DNA of 64,000 bases from Rhizodiscina lignyota (taxonomy: Eukaryota). Within the stretch, counting starts at the first letter, position 1. Each line of letters starts with the position of its first letter. Of this stretch, positions 35,101 to 45,801 are shown piece by piece. Under the pieces are notes generated by a model that worked only from the letters and a program-made list of their open reading frames with translations, ran no database searches and had not been told where the DNA came from. The stretch is from the NCBI GenBank assembly GCA_010015805.1, contig ML978121.1, positions 682,001 through 746,000 on the forward strand. The letters run 5' to 3'. A program made the position numbers and the translations under genes.

Positions 35101-38100
35101 TCTCTAATGTCAAATAACGCCCTCGCGGATATTCTCGACTCGGGCAACGGCTCATTTGGCTTCTCCTTCGCATCCATGACTCTCGGCTTGCTCTTCCACC
35201 TTGCATCTCCTGATTTTCGTGGTACGCTACGCATACGCGACTTCTCCGCTCCAGTGGCTTCAAGGATCGTGGCACATTGGCGCGCTTCGTGACCTGTCAC
35301 ATGTCCTAGCCTGGTTGCGGTGCGCTGGGCCGGACCTGGGGAGTTGCTTTAATAGTCTCAACATCGAGAGCAAACGCTGCCAAACAGCCCCATGCTTCAC
35401 CGCTAAACTCAACAGTACAGCTGTAGAAAAGGCCACCGATGATCCCAATGAGAGACTCGACGGTCTCACGACTCACGGTCGCGACGGTTCCGAGTAAATC
35501 CAGCCCGGAGCTGGCAGTATCGGTCTGTCTCGACAAATACCGACTGTTCGAAGCGAGTCTTCTACCCTTCACCATCTCGACAGCCTGTCTGTGAGCCTTC
35601 GGAATTACTTGATCAAGGTCAGATCGCGAACAATATGCCAGCCACAGCCGTCCACCACCTCCCTTGCCACCCCCGGAAGAGTGTTCTCTGCGATATCGTG
35701 ATCTCGTAATGACAGTGCATCATGGCATGAGGGGTGCTCAACCATCGGCGGTTGACAGGCTCGATAGGCGTAAGCGACAGGAGCATGTGTCTCAACACAG
35801 TCCGAATGCTGAGGTACAACTCCAAGCCAATGCCCGAATAATGATGTTGCTTATCGTTGTACGATAGCGGTTAAACGTCCGCATCGCAGGCATCTCCGCC
35901 ATGAAAATTATTTCTGCTGCATAGCTAACTACCTGGTATATTGCCACTTCCACTGCTACCAGCTGCTCCTGCAGGGAAGATCTCCTTTTCTTCCTATTGG
36001 TGTATGCTTACCGGTTTGATATGCTTTGAGCCATGTTCTGCAGCATGACATCCGCAGATACTTATTAAGCAACCACCCACACTTGACGTCTGAAAATAAT
36101 AATAACGAGGAGGGACTTTGGCGAATTTTCCGATTCATCATACGAGGTCGGCATAATGCTCGCCACAGTTCCACGCGCATGCTCCCTCTCCGTTGTACGC
36201 CTGTACGAGCTGATACTCCGACGCCGGGGCGCCAAATCCTAGTAATTATAGTCCTCCTGAAGATCCCGAATTAAACGAAGACGATTTGTCCAAACGCTTA
36301 TGTTTGCTTGGGATGTCATAGCGCGTGCGAGTGCAAGACACCATTCGGTAATGCCGCTCGATAGGGAAGCTATTTTGTATCAGAGAGCAGGTCATGCGGA
36401 TTGCGGCTGAGTTGCCTGTCAGGCCAATATGTGAACCTCCTACTGTGGGGTCCCGTCAGAGGGGTACTTTGGTACATGGTCAGACCGCAGACAAGGGAGG
36501 GTAGACAAGGCCGGAACGCCGAAAAGAAAAGAACATCCTCTCGCTCTCTTGGCAGGTCCGTATGTAAGCTGACTTGTACGGAGTTATGTACTGCAAATAT
36601 ATTCGCAAAACATCTTGGACAATGCTGTCATTTTCATTATTTGAGATGCTCACTGACGTGGGAGCCGCTCTCGTTTTACTTAATGAGATTGGATCGGACT
36701 TCATGATCGCGGTTACGCGCCGGAAACGGAGATGGGAGCTGCTAAAAAGAAATCCTCTGTCTGAGATCCGCGACAACCACTCTCAGCGATCATTCAGCCT
36801 CAATTGAACTGCTGATGACGTCCACTTTCTGATGACATGCTTCCCAGGGTCTGGAGGAGACAAGGAAATTGCTCCATCAAGAAGCTATGTATGTACGCAC
36901 TCCTGTCATCGACGATTTACAGCAGCGATATTCCTTTCTGCGACATGGTATAACGCCTCCTGGAGAACGAAGGTGCACTCAGAGTCAGGCACCTGTCAAT
37001 TGAAAAGCACTAAGGCATGCTTTGTGCCGCGCAGGATTGATTTCATCCCACCACCCTCAATTTACCAACATGGTCTCACCGGTGGTTCCGAAGCCGTGTC
37101 CGTACGCCAGCGGATATACTACTTCGACACTTGGATAATCCAGGACCCCGTGTGCTACGACATGTGGCCAGACTCCATGTGATCGTAATGGTCTTAGCCG
37201 CTCAAAGGCCAGAGGACAGTTGGTTCCCTCGGTTTCAATGAATCAATATGCATTGGCAACGAGAGCAACGCACCGATGTCATTCGGACTGAGCTCGCGCT
37301 GATAGATCGACCGGATATTCCAGATGCTGGTCCATGTGCACTCGAGATCTTTGGCTCTTGTCTCTCTCATACGCCGTGCTCTTTCTATTCATACACCGGT
37401 TCATTCGTAGACTTCCTTTTCTTTTCACTAATCCAATATCTATCTCTTTGATCATGGACAAACTGAATAGAGTGCTATAGAAGGCGAAAGAGTTATTAAC
37501 GTAATAGACCGCCTCCGAAATCTCCGAATCGAATGGTCGAGACATAGCGCAGCGTCTGCAATTGCTGTATAATCTATTCAGGGGTTATGCCTCTTTTCGG
37601 CTGTCAGTGAATTGATGGAATTAATAGGCACGATGCAATGTGTACGCCAAATGAAGTCTTCGTGGCTTCTCGTGAGCGTTTACCCTGTGAGAGGCAAAGT
37701 CGAGACCGAATTCGCAGCGGATTGTGAGTAGCTTGATCTGATCACTGGTCGCGTATCTTGCGACCATGAGCCAAAGGTAGATGAAGAGCTCGATTATGTG
37801 CCGCTCGCTCATTGCAAGACCGCGGAGCAACCCTGGAAACGAAATGCTGGACGAGTTACTACTCCTCCACGCGGTGACGATCTTGAGCTTGCGGGTTGGT
37901 TATGGCCTCTTCCGGTGCCTGAAAATCTCATATCAGAAGCATTTCCCCTTTAGCCGTCCTCATTTCAGCTCCTTACGCCTCTGGCGCTTCTAATGGCATG
38001 AATGAATGCTGGTTTTGCAAAATGCTGCGTCAAAGGAATTAATTCCGTATAGGATGTGCACCTATCTTTTAGCTTTCTTATTCGGTGCTCTTAAGATTCT

Positions 38101-38141
38101 CTTAAGATTCTCCAAGTACACCTCTTCTTGATTATTTTCAA

Positions 38142-38150
38142 TATATAAGC
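38142..38150 (+). promoter_or_regulatory. Putative TATA box (TATATAAG) upstream of orphan-family member A
   Basis: ATATATAAG about 125 nt before the ATG, followed by a CT-rich leader. The same TATATAAG precedes member D. Confidence 0.4.
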
Positions 38151-38274
38151 CTTTTCGGTTCCCTTCGCTCTTCCTTTTGAGTTTAATCTCTGGTGAGCCC
38201 AACTTGTGGAGGGCAATTGTGAATTCTTATATCACTACTAATTATCACACAAGAAACTTCCCTTCCTCTTCAGT

Positions 38275-38738
38275 ATGGATACCAGCACCATGACAACAGA
38301 TGCCTACGATAGGCTCCTCGAGCGTGCGGCTCAGGACAGATTGCGCAGAAAGACCATCGAGAGATTTCAGGAATCAGACTATTACCTCTCCGATGTCATC
38401 GTTGATAAAGAAGACCAGTGCATTCTCAGTAAGTAGCTTCCGTTTGAAAAGGACACTATCGCTAATTGCCTGAAGACAAAATTTGCATACTCTACCCGAA
38501 CGCCCTCGAACAGCTTGAGTTGGTTACCGGCACTGTACCAGCATCGAAAGGTGACAAGCCTGATTATATCGTCGCGCTGCTTCGACGCCCGGGAAATACC
38601 GACGAGACTCCCTTCGAGGTGATCATTGCTGGCTGCCAGAGGGACTCACTGCACCGGGCGTGGTGCAGCTTTGTCAAGAACGTGAATCTGGAGATGGGCC
38701 GTCACTTAACCGCCGTACCCATGACCAAGGCTTATTGA
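38275..38738 (+). CDS. Small orphan-family protein, member A (138 aa; exons 38275-38428, 38476-38738)
   Basis: TATATAAG at ~38143. Intron GTAAGT...GCTAAT...AAG at 38429-38475. Spliced MDTST...TIERFQESDYYL...CIL^NKICILYP...FEVIIAGCQRDSLHRAWCSFVKNV. Confidence 0.8.
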
Positions 38739-39151
38739 GCAAGCTGGGATGGAAACGGCGTGGTATTCACCCTTTTCCTTGGTACGAGCATTGGTGAATA
38801 TCAGATTGGGCACACTGAAGAAGCCTCAAATGACACATTGAATAAGAGAGACAGATTCAGAGGAGGACTCTAAGTTCCCGACTATTCATCTACATCCGGG
38901 GTTAGCCGCTTGCTCGGCCTTTTTTTAATTTCATGCTCTTCGGCATTTGTGTGGAAACTTTAACACCGGGAGAGTCATATATTTTCTCCGAAAGCTTAAA
39001 TGGTGGTGGTTATGTCACTCTGCCAGGTTTGTTTACATTTTCAAACCTTTAACACTCAGATGCTCTAGCACAAGGCTAAAACTTATCCTCTTCTCTACTC
39101 GCCGAGATCATACAACTATACAAGCTCACTACCTTCCTTTACATCTTGAGA

Positions 39152-39660
39152 ATGCCGCTCTCGGACATCGGTGATAGAATGGACGACCTAGAGAAGGATC
39201 TGGATCGATTTGAGGACCGACAGAAACGCGCGATTCTCCGCCTTGCAAAGAGCGATACTTCCCTCGAACTCGTAGACGAACGTGGTACAATCGACAAACA
39301 TGTCGAAAAGACTCTAAGTAAGCTTTTTACCCATTGAGCCCATATGTTGCCAGTTAATTATCTGAAGGGAGCATCTGCATAGTGTACGACTACCACCGTA
39401 GGGCCATCAATGGCCAAATTCTCGAGCTCCTGTCAGGCGGCTCTTACACCCATATCTTGACCTACGGTTGGTCTCAAGTCGTAGTTCTCATCGCAAGACC
39501 GATCGACGGATCTGGAAATGTCGAGATGTTGCTGTGCAGCAGTTTCAAGGATAGCATCAAGGAGGCTTGGGACGATCTTGCGTTCAAAATCCACGAAAAG
39601 GTGGGCAGCAGGGCTGTCGAGGCAATGGAGGATGTTCCTGTGCAGTGGTATATTGGGTGA
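39152..39660 (+). CDS. Small orphan-family protein, member B (152 aa; exons 39152-39317, 39368-39660)
   Basis: Intron GTAAGC...GTTAAT...AAG at 39318-39367. Spliced MPLSD...AILRLAKSDTSL...EKTL^RSICIVYD...VVVLIAR...VEMLLCSSFKDSIKEAWDDLAFKI. Confidence 0.8.
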
Positions 39661-40131
39661 ATTGAGTGCCGATTTGGCGCACACTCTCCCCCAGCAGTGA
39701 ATTCAGTCCAAATCGCCAGTTCATATGCGATTTTGAAAGCATTGGGTGTCTCCGCACGTGGTCGGCATCGGGGCATGGGGCTGTGGCAGTGGCATCGCAG
39801 GTAGTCGTTAAAAGCGGTCTGGTTTCCTTACAAGAGATATGCAATGGTAATGGGACTCTGCGGTTGGGCATCTGGGTGGAGCAATGTCGGTGTTCGGCTC
39901 TCTTTTGGTCTGATGACAATTCGGCGAGTCACAGCCTCAGCCGAGGAAAAGTTGAGAGGTCTCTCTTCACATGTCTGAAGCGAATTTGGCGTAGACCTCG
40001 TTTCTCATCAGAGTAGCATTCACACAACGCCGACCGTTTGCATGCATAATTACAGAGAATTGGCTTTGTTGTTCCCCAGCTTCATTAACGGGAAGCCTTT
40101 TGAATATCAAGATCTTATGATAGCTACAGCT

Positions 40132-40693
40132 ATGACAGAGCCTCCAACGGCAGAAGCCATGACCAACGTGTTGAACGAGATGGAACTATCCACGAAACTG
40201 CTAGACAAAGCAATGAAGCGACTCGAAGAAAGCGACGAGTATCTCTATAAAGACGTGTTCGACTATGGAGGGGGTCGGTATCGCCATCGCTGGCGAAGAA
40301 CCCTTCGTGAGCTTGATCGCCGTAAAACTCATGAGGGTGGTACGCTGACTTCCACAAGATCAAATCTGCATACTCTATGACTCTGAAAGTAGAGCCCTGG
40401 AGCATCAAGTTCTGGAACTTAAACTAAGAAAGTACCAGAAAGAGAATTGGGACAAACTTGCTGTTGTACTCATCTCCCGCATGATTGGGGCAAACGAAGG
40501 GGGAAAGGGAGGCTTCGAGGTTCTTCGGTCCGGGCCTTGGAAAGGAGATATTTCATCCGCCTGGACTGAATTCAAAAGAAGCATTGAGGTCGACATGGAG
40601 GCAAGGATCAAAGAGCAGACGGAGGCCGAGGGCGCTGAGGACGTGGCAGCAGGAAGCTCTTGGAGCTATGAAGTGATCGTAATGGATGAGTAG
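40132..40693 (+). CDS. Small orphan-family protein, member C (169 aa; exons 40132-40306, 40359-40693; upstream in-frame ATGs at 40042 and 40117)
   Basis: Intron GTGAGC...GCTGAC...AAG at 40307-40358. Spliced ...AMKRLEESDEYL...RRTL^HQICILYD...VVLISR...FEVLRSGPWKGDISSAWTEFKRSI. Confidence 0.8.
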
Positions 40694-40695
40694 TA

Positions 40696-41750
40696 TCACA
40701 CATCTTTCATAAATTCCGCTACTGCTTTCGCCGCGAATTTCTTCCTCTCGGATTCAGGTATTGTCGCGCTCATATCTGCGGAACGGAATTAGCAGTGTCT
40801 AGACTGTTTCACTCGGAATGACATGCCTTTAACCGCTTGCATCCTCACCATCATTCTCTCCAGCTCTTCAACCTGTGCCGCCTGGTCATCATCCACTGTA
40901 CCAGAAGGTTCGCCATCTTCTCCATAGATGGCTTCCTTCATACCCATGAACTCCATATTGATCTCAACTTCTTCAGCCGCAAACGAGCCGTTGAAGTCGC
41001 CGTCCTCATCTAGGCCTAGTTCTGCCAGGGCCTCCTCCACATCATCATCGTCGGCCTCGGCCGCCCATTCGTTTGTTGATAGGGCTTCCTTTATTCGTTC
41101 GATGCCGACAGGTTCTGCATGGGTTTAGCCTTTCAGCTCCTCCGGGTGAGACAAATTCCACACCTACCACCGTACTCGTTCCGGCCCTTTGCCTCAAAGT
41201 CCACATACTCAAATCCAAATTCGCCGCACATTTCATCCCACTCCTCAAAGTCCTTCTCCAAATATGGCGTCGTACTCTGCGGCATTGCAACCGCAAGCCG
41301 TACAACCTCCCCTCCATAGCCCCAGTCCGACCCAGCTCCACCTGCAGCCCCTACGTCCTGTATGGCTTTCAGCGCCTCCTTTATTGACTCAACATCTTTG
41401 CTGTCCAGTGGTCGTCGGAAGCAATATATGAATGCTCCTAGCACAGCGACTACCTCCTTCGCCTCGTCCTTCATAAACTCCGTCCGCCACTCCGCAATGT
41501 CAGCGACCTCATCAACCCATGTTGGTATCGTCGCCTTGTAGTATCGCGTCTCAAGCCTCCATTCGTGCGATAGGCCAGCGGTCGAATTGTCAACGGGCGT
41601 GGGTGCGGAGCCTGTCAAGTCTGGAGGGGGTGGTTAGAGGGTATTCGAAGGAATGAGGCAGAGGAAGCTGAGCCGACCTTTGAGGAGCTGGAGGCTGCCG
41701 CAATTTGGCGGTCCGAGGACGAGGATTCGGCGAGGGTTCTGGACTTCCAT
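40696..41750 (-). CDS. IRC6: Alpha/gamma-adaptin-binding protein p34 (Irc6/AAGAB-like), 4 exons
   Basis: MEVQNPRRILVLG..., LETRYYKATIPTWVDE, EFGFEYVD, GRNEYG/EPVGIERIKEALSTNEW, and C-terminal DMSATIPESERKKFAAKAV. The last intron is GC-AG (40776-40826). Confidence 0.88.
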
Positions 41751-42428
41751 TTTAGCGCATATGAGATTTGGGGGAGTGTTCGCATCACATCGTGAAGTAT
41801 AACGTCGAAGGAAGCTTTCGTAAGTCGGAGTACGGAGGTGATCTCCGAATTGGGATTACTTCACGTGCATGAATACAGATGTCTACCTGCACATGCTGGG
41901 CATCGGCCTTGATGTTTTAGAGGCGCTGCAATACTTTAAAAGCTCTATTACAAAGTCCTGCCGCAGTGGTTTTATTCTTGAAGGTGTCCCAACTCCAAAC
42001 GGCCTCATCAGCAACCATGATATCGCGAAAGAATACCCCTTGCTAGTGCACTAAAGTAAGTAGCTAATGCCTCATCATAGGAAGAATATTTGTTATCAGG
42101 GCAAGCGAGATTTCATACGGGGTCTCTGGTGTAGCCTTGACATTCCAAGGGAAAGAGCTCTACACCGACAATTCAAAGGCTCGAAAGACACAGTTCTTCT
42201 GAAAGGTATGCCATTCCAGTTTGGGCTAAAGCTATCCGTTCTTGCCCTTCGCAGTGTACAATTGTACTGCAGCTTCGCTCCCAGTATGTTCAACCTCATC
42301 CATACGTGTCGTCATCGAAGTGCGCATCTCTCCAAGACAGGATTACTCCAAGCGCAGTAGCTGAGAAACGCCCCAGCCAGGGAAGACGTCGTGAGTCGTT
42401 ATTCAACGAGAAGAAGGCTTACTCTCGC

Positions 42429-42951
42429 TCAGCGTCCTCCGCCGCGCTGGCCTCTAGCCCTGCTGACTGTGGCTCTTCCACGAGCCAAGCCAACACCACG
42501 GCCCTTCCTATCCTTCTGTCTAAACATCGGCGCGTTCCTGTAGGCCAAATTAGCCACCATCTTCTCTAGTTTGTCTACCAGTAAGATACAATGTCGTACC
42601 TCAACATGTCCGGTACAATGAAGAAGCGAACGTGCGAGCCGCGGATGTAGGCCTGGTCGAGATAGGACACGCGACCGTCGCGTGCAGTGACCGTGATGTC
42701 TCGCATTTGGACGTTCATATTATCCTCGGCTACTATATGGTCAGGTATCTATCACTAGCGTGGGACTGAGTTTTACTAATCGCACCTTCGATGAGCTTTC
42801 CACGGTAGACCTGGCCGGTGTTAATTTCGAGCGTGATAATGTGGCCCTGCGATATTGAGATCAGCTTCGGCGCTTTAGAATAATAATGTCGCGCAGAGCT
42901 TACCATGGCCTCATTGAGGAGCTTGATGGGGATGCCGATCGTGCTCGTCAT
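42429..42951 (-). CDS. SMD3: Small nuclear ribonucleoprotein Sm D3, 4 exons
   Basis: [79 protein letters not shown]/..APMF..., with an RG-rich tail. Confidence 0.96.
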
Positions 42952-43172
42952 CGTAACTGTTGTGTCTGGGTAACTTGAACGACAACAGTGTGGAGTTGAA
43001 GCTGGGATCGTGTTTTGTAAGTTAAAGTTTAAAGTGGGGCGCCACATGTGCTTGTCGCGGAGCCGCACTAGGCCCTAATAGGAAATCTCCACACCCTTCT
43101 CCAAACTTTCTGCGGACGACATATTTCAGGACGCTTTTTTCAATATCTCTCCTTTAGAAAATTCCTTTTCAG

Positions 43173-43912
43173 ATGAATCTTTCAGGAACTGTAAATGTCT
43201 TTAGGCTAGTTCTTTCTCCCACCCTCTGTCTCCCTCACCACACCATCTCAACGTTCAATCAGCTTCCCGTGCCACTATCCAAGGCCTTTCCAACCAGAAA
43301 TGGCGAAGAGGCTGCAGACATTCGCGCGGTGATCCTAGATAAGGACAATTGTTTCGCGGAGCCTCATTCACTCGAAGTCTATGAGCCATACAGAGCAAAG
43401 TTCAAGGAACTGCGAGAAGCGTATCCTGGCTCTCGCCTGCTCATAGTCTCGAATACCGCAGGTAGTAGCTCAGATCCAGGAGGTGTGGAAGCTGAAAAGG
43501 TAGAGAAGAGCACGGGAGTACGTGTGCTACGGCACTCAGTCAAAGTATGTCATACCGTGCGATCGGAGTACAATTAATACTCAAGCCATCCACAGAAACC
43601 AGGATGCCGAGATGAGATATTGGACTACTTTCAAAAGGCGCCAGACGTCTCCATAACGTCGCCTTCGCAAATAGCAGTGGTAGGCGATCGTCTATTCACA
43701 GATGTCATGATGGCAAATTTGATGGGTGCACGTGGAGTTTGGGTTAGAGATGGCGTCGTTAAGGACTCGAGTATTGTAAGTTATTGGCTAGACCCGCGTC
43801 ATTTAACTTCAAGCTGATCAATGCACAGTTTGCAGGCTTTGAGCGTGGACTGGCTTCGTTTTTATTTCGAAGAGGATATTATGCGCCTATACCCAGGAGC
43901 GATTTTGAATGA
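43173..43912 (+). CDS. GEP4: Mitochondrial phosphatidylglycerophosphatase (HAD family), 3 exons
   Basis: HAD motifs VILDKDNCF, IVSNTAG, K/KPG and VVGDRLFTDVMMAN. Final exon FAGFERGLASFL...SDFE*. Confidence 0.9.
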
Positions 43913-44207
43913 AGCAGTCTCGACTTTACAGTCTCAATTGCTAATGCTGAGATGTTTGGGCCAAATCCAGCTCAGTCTATGTGAACCCCGGGTTCTGGTT
44001 TTAGTAGCTTGTACGAAGTGGTGCTCTGTCACCGATTGCACATAGCCTTCTGGTGCAGGTTGAAGGCATTCTGCTGGCCGATTTGCTTCTCCATGGACAG
44101 TGCCTTCTCTGGTGAGATATCCAGCGGCATCCCTCAATGCACCCAATAGCCGTCAGGGTGCTTCTTTCTTTGCGCATGATCTGATCACCCGTCGAATACA
44201 CCGTCTC

Positions 44208-45068
44208 TCAGCCCCCTTTCCCACCCATAATCTCCTCCCTCTCAATAACCTCCGGCGCAAACTTAATCAAAAATATCGTCTTGCCTGGCCACATACCCTC
44301 CTTTGCCCCCGCCCCACCACCATCTCCCTCGCCTACCCAATGCGCGCTCACGCTCACCGTCTTCAAACCCGCGCCATCGCACACCCCCTCAATGATCCCC
44401 GCCACGAATGCGGCGCAGTTGAGCTGGCTCATTTCGCGCGGTACCGAAATATAAGAATTGACCAAGGGCTCGTTGTCGCTGACCATGTACTCTGCGGCGT
44501 TGGCGGCGCTGCGCTCTAGCGCGTCCGCGGGCCGCGAGAAGAGGTGCCGCCAGAGGGTGGTGGTGATGAACTGTAGGAGCGGCAGGATTCGCGTGGGGCG
44601 GGTAGTTGGCGGTTGAGTAGACGAAGGCGCAGAGCGGTAGAGGAGCAGGTCGAGTAGTTTGAGGCCGAGAGGGTAGCCTTGCTCGTTTAACCTGTAAAGG
44701 AGCGTGAGTAATTTCACCAAAGGTTAAATTAAATAGCCAAACATAAGGAGAGGGGTCATAAAAGCTGTGTATAAATACCTCTTCTCCAAATCCGCAATCC
44801 CAGTGACCCGCCGCTGCGCATAACTGATCATCTCCACGAACAAGTACGCAAACGCCGCACGGCTGAGTTCAGCATTTTTGGACCGATTGAGGTTCCTGTC
44901 ATATATCGTTTTCCTGTTTGAAGGGTATCGCAGACCCGAATGGCCAGGTTGCGGAGTACCAGCAGAGCCACTTGGAGCTGGCGGTCTGACCGCTGGTGCA
45001 GTTGGTGGGGTAGAAGCACTTTGTGGCGAATTGAAGGACGGGTTTGACAGAGGACGGGAGGAAGACAT
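44208..45068 (-). CDS. TRS31: TRAPP complex subunit Trs31 (TRAPPC5), 2 exons
   Basis: TIYDRNLNR, ELSRAAFAYLFVEMISYAQ, DLEK/RLNEQGYPLGLKLL, DNEPLVNSYISVP and LNCAAFVAGIIEG. Confidence 0.95.
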
Positions 45069-45801
45069 CGTCAGGCTGGATGTTATGCGAAGCGCATTGT
45101 ATTGTGATGTATTGGGATTGCTGGATTGTAGGTCGCGAGCTTGGAGTTGAGGATACTGCGGAAGATGCCGCGTGTGGCTCAATTGTTCAATGTTGCGCTC
45201 ATTAACGACCAGCACGAGGATATGCGCTTCAGTTTGAATGTGAAAGTATTCGCTTCTTTTGAACGACCGCTTGTATACACTGTCGCCATTCGGGCCAGCC
45301 ATTAAGCGGGCGCATGATTATCCACCTAACCTACACACCATCAACTTGGCAAACTACCTTCCCACCCCCTTCACATCACATCCTTGTTCCCCAGCCTGCT
45401 ATGCAATAAATATATATTCGCCCGAAGAAACGGTTAACGCAGAAGAGAAAGCATCTCGAACCCAAAATTACCAGTGTAGAAGAAAAAGGGGTATTTGCAC
45501 GTTTCCAATCCCAATGCTATTTTGCAACCTGATCAAAGCTCGAATCACGAATCCACCAAAGTACTTGGGAAAGGGTAAAGTATGTGCAAAGGGAAAGGGG
45601 GGTATCTGGACATAGGAAAAAGTAGGCCGTGTCGGATGCCACTCCTATGTCCAAATTTTTGAAGCCAATGCCCAAGTAGGCAGAATACCCGATGGTCGTG
45701 TAGTCGTCTCAATCCAACAAATGAAAGATGCCCCGGTGGATGGGCCCGCAGTCGCAATTGGGATGCTTATACGAGAGTGAGCAGGTGAGAACCAGTGGCG
45801 A

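Noticed and set aside
38090..38112. Short direct repeat CTTAAGATTCT x2 (also GCCTGCTAAA x2 at ~62192 and poly-T at ~61908)
   Set aside because: Simple slippage duplications; no array, spacer structure or transposon ends.
41869..42400. Short plus-strand ORFs between IRC6 and SMD3
   Set aside because: No consistent spliced product or motif; probably promoter/3' UTR sequence.
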